Source: an uncultured Chloroflexia bacterium (lineage in GTDB: Bacteria > Chloroflexota > Chloroflexia > Thermomicrobiales > UBA6265). Taken from it: a stretch of DNA of 64,000 nt. A program made the translations under genes and the position numbers. The notes under the pieces were generated by a model. The model worked only from the letters and a program-made list of their open reading frames with translations, made no database searches and was not told the DNA's origin. Numbering within the stretch: position 1 is the first letter of the stretch; every line of letters starts with the position of its first letter. Below are positions 19,025 to 29,300 of the stretch, one piece after another. The stretch is from contig CAVVQC010000001.1 of assembly GCA_963750275.1 (NCBI GenBank), positions 75,127-139,126 of the forward strand. Reading direction: 5' to 3'.

Positions 19025-19405
19025 ATGAGCAATGCTGCCGTCATCGAGCAGCTCGAGAAGATGACCGTCCTCGAGATCAATGAACTTGTCAAAGAACTCG
19101 AAGAGCGCTGGGGCGTCTCCGCTGCTGCACCCGCTGCGGTTGGTGGTGCGGTTGCGGGCGGAGCTGCCGCCGAGGCCGCTCCGGCTGAAGAGCAGAGCGA
19201 GTTCGACGTTATCCTGACCGATATCGGCGCGAACAAGATTCAGGTCATCAAGGCCGTCCGCGAGCTCACAAGCCTGGGTCTCAAGGAAGCCAAGGATCTG
19301 GTCGAGGCCGCCCCGAAGGCGATCAAGGAAGCCGTCTCCAAGGACGAAGCTGCCGCTGCCAAGGCGAAGCTGGAAGAGGCTGGCGCCAAGGCCGACGTCA
19401 AGTAG
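19025..19405 (+). CDS. rplL: 50S ribosomal protein L7/L12
   Basis: Ala-rich hinge, then [50 protein letters not shown]. Confidence 0.95.
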   Translation: MSNAAVIEQLEKMTVLEINELVKELEERWGVSAAAPAAVGGAVAGGAAAEAAPAEEQSEFDVILTDIGANKIQVIKAVRELTSLGLKEAKDLVEAAPKAIKEAVSKDEAAAAKAKLEEAGAKADVK

Positions 19406-19426
19406 GTCTTATTGCAAATGCAGAGA

Positions 19427-19453
19427 GGGACGGCTATCTTGCCGTCCCTTCTT
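19427..19453 (+). terminator. Intrinsic terminator after rplL
   Basis: GGGACGGC-TATCTT-GCCGTCCC followed by TTCTTGC. Confidence 0.65.
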
Positions 19454-19616
19454 GCATCTCATGCGGATTCAGCAGGCGACGTGTATTCGGCACATCTGGG
19501 TGGATTTGAGGCAGCGGGCAATTCAGGTCGCGACGTGTCCATCTGGCCATTTCGGCGACGAGCATCGCTCGTCCCGAGCTTTGGCCCCAGTTTCCGTCCG
19601 ACCATTGAATCCTCAG

Positions 19617-19625
19617 TGATATAAT
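19617..19625 (+). promoter_or_regulatory. Extended -10 promoter (TGATATAAT) for tRNA-Pro
   Basis: Perfect TATAAT with TG one base upstream, ending 9 nt before the mature tRNA-Pro 5' end. Confidence 0.55.
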
Positions 19626-19634
19626 CAGACATTG

Positions 19635-19708
19635 CGGGGTGTGGCGCAGTCCGGTAGCGCACTGGTATGGGGTACCAGAGGCCGGAGGTTCGAATCCTCT
19701 CACCCCGA
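19635..19708 (+). tRNA. tRNA-Pro (anticodon GGG)
   Basis: Acceptor CGGGGTG/CACCCCG, anticodon loop ATGGGGT, T-arm GGAGG-TTCGAAT-CCTCT. CCA is not encoded. Confidence 0.9.
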
Positions 19709-19805
19709 CCGTCTCGTTGATGCGGCGAACCTGAACTTCTGTCGTTTCCGGAACTCGCGTAGAGCGATCTGCGTTACCGGGGATTTCGCGAACATCGGTG
19801 AATCG

Positions 19806-20444
19806 ATGCGCCCAACGAATGCACAACGCTCGACCTGTCGGATTCTGATTGCCGACGACGAATCCCTGATTCGGCTCGATCTCAAAGAGATGCTGTCGCA
19901 TCTCGGCTATGACGTCGTGGCGGAAGTGGGCGATGGCGGCGCTGCGATCGATCTTAGCCGCAAGCTCAAACCCGATCTCGTCATCATGGATATCAAGATG
20001 CCCGAGGTCGACGGTATTGCTGCAGCCGAGATTCTGACCCGAGAGCAAATAGCTCCAGTCGTGTTGCTCACTGCCTATTCCGATCAGGCCCTGGTGGAGC
20101 GGGCACGAGACGCAGGCGTGGTCGGCTATGTTGTCAAACCATTCCGTGAAGCTGAGCTGCTGCCGGTGATCGAGCTTTCGTTGACCCGATTCGCAGAGTT
20201 CACCGCGTTGCGTAAGGAAGTCGGCGATCTGCGGGACGCCCTGGAAACACGCAAGGTCGTGGAACGGGCCAAAGGCGTCCTCATGGAAGTGCATGGTCTG
20301 GCCGAGGCTGACGCATTCCGTCGCATCCGCAAGACCAGCATGGATTCCCGAAAGTCGATGAAGGAAGTTGCTGAGGCGATCCTGCTCACGTATGAGATGG
20401 ATATCTCGACCAGCCCTGTCGGCGACACCTCTGACGGTATGTAG
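19806..20444 (+). CDS. Response regulator with ANTAR RNA-binding output domain (PdtaR/AmiR-like)
   Basis: From ATG 19806. REC domain ILIADDESLIRLDLKEML...DLVIMDIKMPEVDG...VVKPF, and ANTAR ETRKVVERAKGVLMEVHGLAEADAFRRIRKTSMDSRKSMKEVAEAIL. The longer ORF from 19632 overlaps tRNA-Pro. Confidence 0.88.
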   Translation: MRPTNAQRSTCRILIADDESLIRLDLKEMLSHLGYDVVAEVGDGGAAIDLSRKLKPDLVIMDIKMPEVDGIAAAEILTREQIAPVVLLTAYSDQALVERARDAGVVGYVVKPFREAELLPVIELSLTRFAEFTALRKEVGDLRDALETRKVVERAKGVLMEVHGLAEADAFRRIRKTSMDSRKSMKEVAEAILLTYEMDISTSPVGDTSDGM

Positions 20445-20476
20445 CAGCCATTCGAGACAATCGAATTTTGCGAAAG

Positions 20477-20502
20477 AAAGCGCTGCTCAGGGAGCGCTTT
20501 TT
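20477..20502 (+). terminator. Probable terminator after the ANTAR regulator gene (overlaps cdaR stop)
   Basis: AAAGCGCT-GCTCAGGG-AGCGCTTT followed by TT. Confidence 0.5.
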
Positions 20503-21764
20503 GGTGTGCCTACCACCGTCGCCGCATCGGGTGCGACACCTTCGGGAGCTTCGGTGATCGTGAGCGTCACTTCGGTCGGAAGCGACGTCACCCACTGAAC
20601 GCGTGGGGGCATGATGACTGACGGTTTCACGGAGTAGGTCCCAGGGGCAAGCCCAGTCGCATCGACAACGACTTGCAGCGTGTTGGCGTCGAGCAATGCC
20701 AGCGCATCCTCGGGAGCGACCACATCAATCGTGATTTCATTGGGCGTGACCGAGGCTTCCAGGCCCGGGCCAATGCCGACAATGGTGACCTGTTGCGAGG
20801 GCAACGATTGTCGCACGCCGCGTTGCATGATCTGTACGAGGACCTCGACTTCGCCGGTAGAGGGTTGCAGAATCTGAACACCCTCGGGAAGATCGGCAAT
20901 GTGCACGGTTCGATTGAAGCTGGCATCGACCCCCGTTACGTCGATGGGTTCCGTAGAGAGGGCAACGAGAGCATTGAGCACGGTCTCGTCGCCATCGACG
21001 ATAACGAATTGGGGATTGATGGTTCGATCCGCGACTTCGAAGCCAGGCGCTGGCGAGCCGCTGATTGTCGCCAGCACCGCCACGCTCTTACCGCGAGCCG
21101 AAACACGTACCGTGGCCGTGACTGCGGAGGGTTCGATCGTGACTCCCGCGATGACCGCACCATCTGCGTCCCGCGCTTCGGGGACATAGACGTCTTCAAA
21201 CGTTTGCGTCCCTCCACCGACTTTGACTGGAAGCACGACCTTGGCAATCGAATCGACGAGCGAACTCGCTCCCGAGACGGTGACCTGATTGACATCGGGG
21301 TAAACCGTCACCGTGCGCAGGTTGTTCTGGTCCAGGTCCGAGATGACCGGCGCTAGACCGAACGGCTTCGATGCCGATCTCTCCACCTCAACCGATGCGG
21401 TCGACGGATTCGTTTCTGAACGCCAAACACCATCGGGTGAATCTAGCGAAATCGGTAGTTCGTAGATTCCTGGGTTAGTGACACTCGATAAGTCAATGCT
21501 GGTTATGAGGGTGTTGCTATCGATCGGATTGACGTCAGATCTTGGCCCGGAAAGCTCAACCCGCACGTCCGGAATCTCATTCAAAATGACAAGTGATTCG
21601 TCGAGATTTACCGCGTGAACCTGAACATCCGGAAAGACTCGATTCGTTTCGGGATCTTCTCGCAGGGTTACGAGTGCCCAAAGAATCAGCGAGAGCGCGA
21701 GTGAAGCCAGAAATCGCAGCGCGACTTCACGAGTAAGGTAGACGCGCAGACCATCGATTCTCAT
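20487..21764 (-). CDS. cdaR: YbbR-domain protein (CdaR, regulator of diadenylate cyclase CdaA)
   Basis: 425 aa with an N-terminal TM (LRFLASLALSLILWALV). Repeated beta-rich YbbR-like modules follow. It lies immediately downstream of cdaA with a TGATG overlap. Confidence 0.75.
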   Translation of the reverse strand: MRIDGLRVYLTREVALRFLASLALSLILWALVTLREDPETNRVFPDVQVHAVNLDESLVILNEIPDVRVELSGPRSDVNPIDSNTLITSIDLSSVTNPGIYELPISLDSPDGVWRSETNPSTASVEVERSASKPFGLAPVISDLDQNNLRTVTVYPDVNQVTVSGASSLVDSIAKVVLPVKVGGGTQTFEDVYVPEARDADGAVIAGVTIEPSAVTATVRVSARGKSVAVLATISGSPAPGFEVADRTINPQFVIVDGDETVLNALVALSTEPIDVTGVDASFNRTVHIADLPEGVQILQPSTGEVEVLVQIMQRGVRQSLPSQQVTIVGIGPGLEASVTPNEITIDVVAPEDALALLDANTLQVVVDATGLAPGTYSVKPSVIMPPRVQWVTSLPTEVTLTITEAPEGVAPDAATVVGTPKSAP

Positions 21765-22684
21765 CAGTCGCCACTCTGGATCGTGGTAGGCGACGATTCC
21801 TTCGGCCGGCTGTTTGGCGGGGTGGTGCGACGTACACGTACCCGATCGGTGCTCGGGAGATGGAAACGACCTGAGGCCGCGCCGTCGGCCGGTTCTTCGC
21901 GGTCGAGTCGCATGAGCGTGCGCAGGACGCGTCGGAGACGGTCTTGGTCGAGGCCGCGGATCAACCGTCCACTATGCGCCACCGCGATCTGCCCAGTCTC
22001 CTCTGAAACCACCACTGCTAACGCATCTGAGTCTTCGGTTACCCCGATGGCTGCGCGGTGGCGAGTGCCGAGCTGGCTGGAGGCCGAAATATTGTCGGTC
22101 AAGGGGAGGACGACACTGGCCGCGAGGATGCGGTCACCCCGGGTCAGAACCGCGCCATCATGGAGGGGAGAATTCGGGTAGAAGATGTTGATGAGGAGCT
22201 GCCGAGTGAGTTTCGCGTCAATTGGTACGCCGGACTCTGCATAGTCTTGCAAGCCAGTTTCACGCTCGATGATCATCAATGCGCCATATCTCTGACGTGC
22301 CAGCTGGCCCGCTGCGCGCACGATTTCGTCTACGGCTTGCTCTGTGCCGACATCCACATTCGCCGGGAAGTTTTCGCGCAGTCGCGTACCCGTATGTCCC
22401 AACTGCTCAAGCGCCCGCCGCAACTCGGGCTGGAAGATGACTGGAATCGCAATCAGAAGTGCAGGCCACGTTCGCGCGAGAATCCAGTTGAGCGTTTGGA
22501 GATCGAAGACCGTGGCGAGGATGTAGACCATCGCCAGGAAGATGATGGCGCCGCGGATCAGCGAAGTCGCTCGGGTACCTTGCGCAACACCAAGCAGCCA
22601 AAAGATAAGTAATGAGACGACAAAGACGTCAAATAGTGATCGGAAGCTCCAGAGTTCGGAGAGGAGCCACCTTATCTCCGGCAT
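21764..22684 (-). CDS. cdaA: Diadenylate cyclase CdaA (DisA_N/DAC domain, membrane-anchored)
   Basis: Three N-terminal TM helices. The DAC core is YGALMIIERETGL...IFYPNSPLHDGAVLTRGDRILAA...LGTRHRAAIGVTEDSDALAVVVSEETG. Confidence 0.9.
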   Translation of the reverse strand: MPEIRWLLSELWSFRSLFDVFVVSLLIFWLLGVAQGTRATSLIRGAIIFLAMVYILATVFDLQTLNWILARTWPALLIAIPVIFQPELRRALEQLGHTGTRLRENFPANVDVGTEQAVDEIVRAAGQLARQRYGALMIIERETGLQDYAESGVPIDAKLTRQLLINIFYPNSPLHDGAVLTRGDRILAASVVLPLTDNISASSQLGTRHRAAIGVTEDSDALAVVVSEETGQIAVAHSGRLIRGLDQDRLRRVLRTLMRLDREEPADGAASGRFHLPSTDRVRVRRTTPPNSRPKESSPTTIQSGD

Positions 22685-22794
22685 GTAGAAAACGCCCCAT
22701 AACCGATGTTAGAAGATTGCATCGGTATCTTAGCATCGCGCGAACTGTTGGCGACCGAGGTTTGGGTTTACAGAATCTTACCCGTTCGCGTGGT

Positions 22795-23637
22795 CTAGCG
22801 CATCCCACTCGTGCGGGAAAAATCGCGTACGCGAAAGTCTTCGGCGTCGAAAAACACATACCGTGAGAGTCGCGAGTCAAGGATTCGTGAAACGATGCGA
22901 TCTTCGATTCGATCGAGTTTCGCGTTCGATGTGATCACAGTCGGAAGCTGCTCATTGTATCGGTGATTGATGAGCTGGAAGAGCTTTTCGCTTGCCCATG
23001 GTGTGGTGTTCTCGGTACCAAGATCGTCGAGGATCAGCAGGTTCGCATTGCGAATCTGCTGAAACCGTTCGTCGTAGGCGACGCCGCTTTCGGGGTCGAA
23101 CGTTGCCCGGAGCTGATCGAGCAGGTCCGGAACAACGCGGAAATAGACCGCCGCCTGAGGATTGCGAGCACCATAGGCGTTGGCGACCGCTGCTGCCAGA
23201 TGCGTCTTGCCGACACCGACAGCGCCGTGCAAAACGAGCCAGCCATCGGTGGTACGCGCGTATTCCCGAGAGATGCGGAAGCCACTTTCCGTCCCGCGCA
23301 ACGTGGGGTCAAAACTCTCGAAGGTGAGATGGCGCAGCGATTCGAGGTTCGAGAGGCTATTCAGCTCACGCGAAAGCTTTGCCTGCTGCCGCTCGGCGGT
23401 GCAGACACATGGCATGAGTTTGCCGAAGTTCGGATTGTCCGGTTCGACATCGAAGCGCACCCAGCCCGCATCCTGGCAAATGGTGCAGTCGAACTGCTCC
23501 GGCTCAGGACGAGGCCCGTCGCCGTTGCTTGTATCGACCGGGATCGAAAGGTTCGGGAGCAGATCCCCGACTCGACGCATCACGATTTCCTTCCCCACGT
23601 CCATTGACTGACCAATTTTCGAGGACGCGCTGGACAT
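22795..23637 (-). CDS. DnaC/DnaI-family AAA+ helicase loader
   Basis: N-terminal Cys cluster CTICQDAGWV...CVC. Walker A is GAVGVGKTHLAAAVAN and Walker B is LLILDDLG, followed by LFQLINHRY....PTVITSN. The start is uncertain: ATG 23637, or 23580 (MRRVGDLL). Confidence 0.8.
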   Translation of the reverse strand: MSSASSKIGQSMDVGKEIVMRRVGDLLPNLSIPVDTSNGDGPRPEPEQFDCTICQDAGWVRFDVEPDNPNFGKLMPCVCTAERQQAKLSRELNSLSNLESLRHLTFESFDPTLRGTESGFRISREYARTTDGWLVLHGAVGVGKTHLAAAVANAYGARNPQAAVYFRVVPDLLDQLRATFDPESGVAYDERFQQIRNANLLILDDLGTENTTPWASEKLFQLINHRYNEQLPTVITSNAKLDRIEDRIVSRILDSRLSRYVFFDAEDFRVRDFSRTSGMR

Positions 23638-24229
23638 AACGCCAGTTTCGTTTGTTGTAGCTTACCGCCTCCCGGATGGCATCTTCAATCCATTCGAGCG
23701 GGTAGAGCTCCATCGCCGTTTCGATCTGATCGGTGAGCAAAGGAGTGAGCATTCCGATGTTCTTCTCGTACAGCGAGAAGACCGACGGCGATGTGGTAGC
23801 AATGCTCGCTTCGCGGCCGGCCACCGGCCATGCGCCTGGTTCGATAAGCACGTCAGCTAGTGTGGACCGATTTTCGGCCGACGCCGGTACATACCAGCGC
23901 TCCTCGTTCCCATCCACCGTGAGTACGATCTGGACGATCGAATCGCGTGCGGTGGCATATTGGAGACCGCGCCGAATGCGCTGCCCCAGCATGCTCGAAC
24001 GACGATCTCCATGAAACGTTCGAGTGAGTACGGGATCGCGGAGGACGGCGTCTTCGCTCACTGCTGGCGGAGTCGTACCCGAATCTGCGGCTAAACGGAA
24101 GACGGCAAGGGTGACGTGTAGCTCGGTCGCATCGTCGATATGTGCGATCGTTTCGTTCAGGAACTCACGCGGAACCGGGATCGTGGCACCCATGCTCGTG
24201 GAGGTTGTCACTCGGCCACCGACAGGCAT
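23504..24229 (-). CDS. DnaD-domain replication initiation/primosome protein
   Basis: C-terminal VFSLYEKNIGMLTPLLTDQIETAMELYPLEWIEDAIREAVSYNKRNWRYVQRVLENW is the DnaD-domain pattern. Start ATG 24229 is preferred because the longer ORF to 24295 overlaps dnaB. The 3' end overlaps the loader gene. Confidence 0.65.
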   Translation of the reverse strand: MPVGGRVTTSTSMGATIPVPREFLNETIAHIDDATELHVTLAVFRLAADSGTTPPAVSEDAVLRDPVLTRTFHGDRRSSMLGQRIRRGLQYATARDSIVQIVLTVDGNEERWYVPASAENRSTLADVLIEPGAWPVAGREASIATTSPSVFSLYEKNIGMLTPLLTDQIETAMELYPLEWIEDAIREAVSYNKRNWRYVQRVLENWSVNGRGEGNRDASSRGSAPEPFDPGRYKQRRRASS

Positions 24230-24239
24230 CGACACGTTC

Positions 24240-25580
24240 CTAGAACTGACCGTCATGGAACGTCTGGAGATCGGCAAAACGGGCATTGTTTTCAAAAAAG
24301 CGCAAATTAATCGAACCGACTGGTCCGTTGCGGTGCTTGGCCACGATCACTTCTGCCAGGTTCTTCTTTTCGGATTCGTGATCGAACTTGTCTTCGCGAT
24401 GAATAAACATCACGATGTCGGCATCTTGCTCGATCGATCCAGATTCGCGCAAGTCCGAAAGCTGGGGCCGGTGGCCGGTTCGGCTCTCGACGGCGCGGGA
24501 GAGCTGGGAAAGTGCGACCACTGGTATGTCGAGCTCACGGGCGAGCGATTTGAGACCGCGAGAGATATCGGCAATTTCCTGAACCCGGTTCTCATTTCGC
24601 TTCCCCTGCATGAGCTGAAGGTAGTCGATGATGAGCAGATCGAGTCCATGCTCAGCCTGGAGGCGTCGAGCCTTGGTGCGCACGTCGGAGATTGAGAGCG
24701 TACCTGAATCGTCCACATAAATAGGAGAGTTCGAGAGTCGCCCAAACGCTCGAACTACGCGTTCCCATTCGTTATCCTCGATGTGCCCCATGCGCAAGCG
24801 ATGGGAATCGACGCCGGTTTCTGCCGCGACCAAACGCTGAACAAGCTGTTCTGATGGCATCTCAAGTGAGAAGATGCCGACCGTACGGTCGTGTTGTACC
24901 GCGGCTGCATAGGCGAATCCCAGCGCGAGGGCCGACTTCCCGAAACCCGGACGGGCGGCAAGGATAATGAGGTCTGAACGTTGCATACCGCCAAGGAGTT
25001 TATCGAGATCGCTGAATCCGGTAGGAACTCCCACCAGCGCGTCTCGCGTTTCGCGCGCTTCGCCCAATCGGTCGAAGAATCCTTCCAAAACCTCGTCGAT
25101 TCTGGTGAACTCTTTCGTCATGCGGCGCTGCGCGACACCGAAGATGCTGCGCTCCGCCTGATCGAGCGCATCCTCGACTTCGAGATCTTCGCGATAACCG
25201 ACGCTAACGATTTCCGCGCCAGCCTGGATCAGGCGACGCTGCGTCGATGTTCGTTCAACAATGCGACTGTAGTACTCGACGTGAACCGCAGTAGGGACGC
25301 TCTCGATGAGCGAGCTCAAGTAGGCGAGACCGCCCACGGTGTCGAGCTGACTGCGTCGTCCGAGCTCATCGGAAAGGGTCAGAAGATCAGTCGGTTCGCG
25401 ACGGTTGTACAAATCGCGCATGGCTGAATAGATCACGCCGTGGGCCGGCTGATAGAAGTCTTCGGGCCGCAAGATCGTTTCGACGCGAATGATGGCATCG
25501 CGGTCGAGCAGAATGCTGCCGAGGGCGGATTGTTCCGCCTCCAGATTGTGGGGCGGAAGTCGATCGATTGCTGCGACCAT
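24240..25580 (-). CDS. dnaB: Replicative DNA helicase DnaB
   Basis: 446 aa. PPHNLEAEQSALGSILLD, Walker A ARPGFGKSALALGF, then IIDYLQLM and SQLSRAVE.R...RP.LSDLRESGSIEQDAD. Confidence 0.95.
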   Translation of the reverse strand: MVAAIDRLPPHNLEAEQSALGSILLDRDAIIRVETILRPEDFYQPAHGVIYSAMRDLYNRREPTDLLTLSDELGRRSQLDTVGGLAYLSSLIESVPTAVHVEYYSRIVERTSTQRRLIQAGAEIVSVGYREDLEVEDALDQAERSIFGVAQRRMTKEFTRIDEVLEGFFDRLGEARETRDALVGVPTGFSDLDKLLGGMQRSDLIILAARPGFGKSALALGFAYAAAVQHDRTVGIFSLEMPSEQLVQRLVAAETGVDSHRLRMGHIEDNEWERVVRAFGRLSNSPIYVDDSGTLSISDVRTKARRLQAEHGLDLLIIDYLQLMQGKRNENRVQEIADISRGLKSLARELDIPVVALSQLSRAVESRTGHRPQLSDLRESGSIEQDADIVMFIHREDKFDHESEKKNLAEVIVAKHRNGPVGSINLRFFENNARFADLQTFHDGQF

Positions 25581-25716
25581 GCGAAGGCGTTGCCTGGGGT
25601 TCGTAGAACCCCCTGGTCAGATCAAGCGGGAGTGATCCGTAAGAATGATAGGAGGATGGTAGCAGGTTCCCGGTTCAATGCGCAGGGGCGAACGGGAACC
25701 TGCTGGAGAAGCATTT

Positions 25717-26238
25717 CTAGGACTCGGCGGCCAACTCATTGTTTTCATCGGCAACAAGCTCGAGGGTGGCAGTCTCTTCTTCTTCCTCTTCGATGATGCC
25801 GTGAACCACGACCATGACTTGGGGACGAAGCTTGCCGACCAAATTGATCGTCACCGGATGATCGCCAATTGTACGAATCGGCTCTTCGATCACGATCTTG
25901 CGACGATCGATTTCAGTGCCAACCGCTGCCGACAGCTTTTCAGCAATGTCGCCGTTGGTGATCGAACCAAAGAGGCGACCGTTCGTTCCGGCGCGAGCCT
26001 CGAACTCGATCTTCTGGCCACTGATGCGGTCAGCCAGCCCCTGAAGCTCCTCTTCCTGGCGCTGGACTCTCCGCTGCTTGACCGCATCGTTGGTCGCGAC
26101 GACCTTCAATTCGCCAGGCGTGGCGATCACAGCCAACCGTTTCGGGATCAAATAATTTCGGGCGTAGCCATCGGCAACGTTTTTGACCGAGCCTTTTTCA
26201 CCCAGGTTTTCGACATCTTGCCGAAGCACGACTTTCAT
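25717..26238 (-). CDS. rplI: 50S ribosomal protein L9 (with acidic C-terminal tail)
   Basis: MKVVLRQDVENLGEKGSVKNVADGYARNYLIPKRLA. Confidence 0.93.
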   Translation of the reverse strand: MKVVLRQDVENLGEKGSVKNVADGYARNYLIPKRLAVIATPGELKVVATNDAVKQRRVQRQEEELQGLADRISGQKIEFEARAGTNGRLFGSITNGDIAEKLSAAVGTEIDRRKIVIEEPIRTIGDHPVTINLVGKLRPQVMVVVHGIIEEEEEETATLELVADENNELAAES

Positions 26239-26353
26239 GATCTCTCATGCCTTCCAAACAGTTGGACGAAGTTGAACGACAACACGAAACAGGCGGTTCC
26301 AACTTCCGCCCACGCAACCGCGTAACTATACCGCACCCGGCCCGCTGGATGAC

Positions 26354-29300
26354 CTAGATCACCACGATGGCAGAAAGCCCGGCGTGATCGATAGCTTTCG
26401 CGAATTTCGTCACATCCTTCTTGACCAGTTTTTCGAACGTCGCGAGTTGCTTGTCGATAAGCTTTTCGAGCTCTTCGGTTGCTTCCACTGCAGCGTCGGT
26501 CGGTCGGTAGTCGCCCATCTGGACGACACCCATGAGGTTGATCATACGCGCGATCAAACGCGGGCCTGCGTTGATCGAATCGCCCCAACCTAATCGAAGT
26601 CCAGGTACCGCGAGCGTTTCCTCGATCTTGCGTACTTTGGCGGAAAGCGCTGCGGCTTCCGTGGACAGGGTCGCGGTCGTGGAGGCGTCCTTCGTGCGCG
26701 TCTCCCAGCGATCCAGCTGATCTCGCAGGTCACGCATTCGGTTAACGGCCCGGCTTGCGTCGTCGACCTTCTTGCTAATTCTGAGACTCAGCTCTTCCTG
26801 AGCTGCCAGATCGGCCGGGTCGGCTGTCGACTCTGGCGGAGCAACGACATCGAAATCAGCAGTCAATGTTGTTTTGCCTATCGTCAAGGTCGCGGTGTAA
26901 GTGCCCGGTACGACAAACGGCCCGGTCATCGTCTCTTTCGCTGCTGCATCGTCGCCGATGATCTTGGTCGGGTCGGCGTGGCTGAGATTCCAGACGAACC
27001 GGTTCCAGCCTTTCTGTGCCGGAATTCTCAGTTCGGCGGCAACGGGGTCATCATCCGGTAGTCGACTGCTGAACGTCTTCACTGCCGATTTGCCTGTGGA
27101 TGACGAAAACGTGAGGGTGATGGGTTCAGTCGGTTCGTCGACGAGAAAATAGGTGATCACCGCTCCGGAAGGCGGATTTTCCCCACTGTCGAGCAAGACC
27201 CGGTTGGTCGCTCCTTCGGCGGTGCGTTCGACCTCGTAGCCGCCTCCCATGCCGCCATAGTAGTTAACGCTTCCCTGGACCGCTCCGCTCCAGTCGACGC
27301 CCGGGAGCATCCGCAAGGCGTATCTGGGAGCGATCAGTCGATTGGCAGCCAGGGTACGGTCGCGGGCGAGTTCGCGCAGTGGCGTCAGATCATCCAGGAT
27401 CCAGATCGAGCGACCATGCGTCCCAGCAATGAGGTCGCCGTCCTTGACGAGGATCTCGAACACCGGGGATACCGGCAGATTGAGCTGCAGCGATTGCCAG
27501 GTAGTGCCATCGTCGAAGGACACGTGCAAGCCCAGCTCGGTGCCGAGGTAGAGCAATCCGGGAACCTCCGGATCGGCCCGGATGACACGGGTGAATTCTG
27601 CCTCCGGCAGCCCGTGATCGATTCTGGACCAACTCTCTCCATGGTCGGTTGTTACCCAAAGGTAGGGACGATAATCATCGGTCTTGTACCGGGTACCGCA
27701 GAGATAGGCTTTTCCGTCATCGAAGGGCGAGAGCTCGATGCCGGTGACCATAGTCCATTCGAGCATGTCCGAAGGGGTGATATCGCTCCAGTTGCTCCCA
27801 CCGTCCCGGGTCAGGTGCACCAGGCCGTCATCCGAACCGGCCCAGATCGTGCCTTTGGATCGGGGTGATTCGACAAGTGAATAGACCGTGGCATAGGTTT
27901 CGGCACCGACCGCGTCCAGATTTACCGGACCGCCACTTACCTTCAGCGTTTCTGGATCGGCGCGGCTCAGATCGGGACTGATCGGCTCCCAGGTTTGTCC
28001 CTCGTTGGTCGTTTTGAAGACGATGTTGCCGCCGATGTAGAGCGTGTCGGGATCGTGGGGTGAAAAGACAATGGGATAGGTCCAGGCAAAGCGATATTTC
28101 TGCGCGTCTGCCCCGAGTCCCGTGTTGAGTTCCGGCCAGGTGGTAATCAAGCGAATTTGATCGCGCCGCCGGTCATAGCGCTGCAGGGAATTGCCGCCTC
28201 CAGGTGATGAGCCGATCGCGCCGACATAGAGAACGTCGTCATCTTCCGGGTCGATGGCGATATAGCCGCTTTCGCCTGAACCCGCGACATAGCAATCTGA
28301 CCAGGTGATATTGGGTGAGCCGACGCGGCTTGGGATCGCGATGCTGGTGTTGTCTTGCTGTGTCCCATAGATCGTGTAGGGTTTGCGATTGTCGGTACAC
28401 AGATGATAGAACTGGGCAGTTGGCTGATTGAGAATGGTCGAAAACGATCGACCGCCGTTGTAGGAGATGTTCGCCCCACCGTCATTCGCCTGGATCATGC
28501 GTTGATTGTTGGTGGGATCGATCCAGACATCGTGATTGTCACCGTGCGGCGTGGCAATCTCGGTAAATGTGCGACCGCCGTCGGTGCTTTTCCAGAACGA
28601 GAGATTGTTGACGTAGACAGTTTCGGGATCAGCCGGATCGGCGGTGATGTGGGTGTAATACCAGGCTCGTGAGAGCAAGTTCTGGTCGTCCGAAACCTTT
28701 TCCCATGTGTCGCCATAGTTATCGGATCGGTAGAGACCGCCTTCAGTGCGATGTTCGATCAGGGCCCAGACGCGACCAGGTTGCGCCGGAGATGCGCTGA
28801 CGCCGACCTTGCCCCACGTACCCGCCGGCAGTCCGGGTCGTTCGGAGATTTCGTCCCAGGTTTCACCGCTGTCCTTGCTTTGCCAGAGACCGGAATCCGG
28901 GCCCCCGGAACTAATCATCCAGAACGATCGATGCGCTTCCCACATGCCCGCGTAGAGGATGCGCGGGTTCGCATCCAGCGTCAGATCGACTGCACCGGCT
29001 TTCTCACTGACGAAGAGGGTTTGCTTCCAGGTGGCGCCGCCATCGGTAGATTTGAAGACCCCGCGCTCTCGATTGGGACCGAAGGCATGGCCGAGCGCGG
29101 CGACCCAGACGATATCTGCATCCGAGGGATGCACGCGGATCTTGCCGATGAAGCGGGAGTCGGAGAGACCGAGATGCGACCAGCTATGACCTGCGTCGGT
29201 ACTGCGGTAGACGCCGTCGCCGTGAGAGACGTCGATGCGAATGGTCGTTTCGCCGGTGCCGGCATAGATCACATTCGAATCAGACGGCGCAACCGCGATG

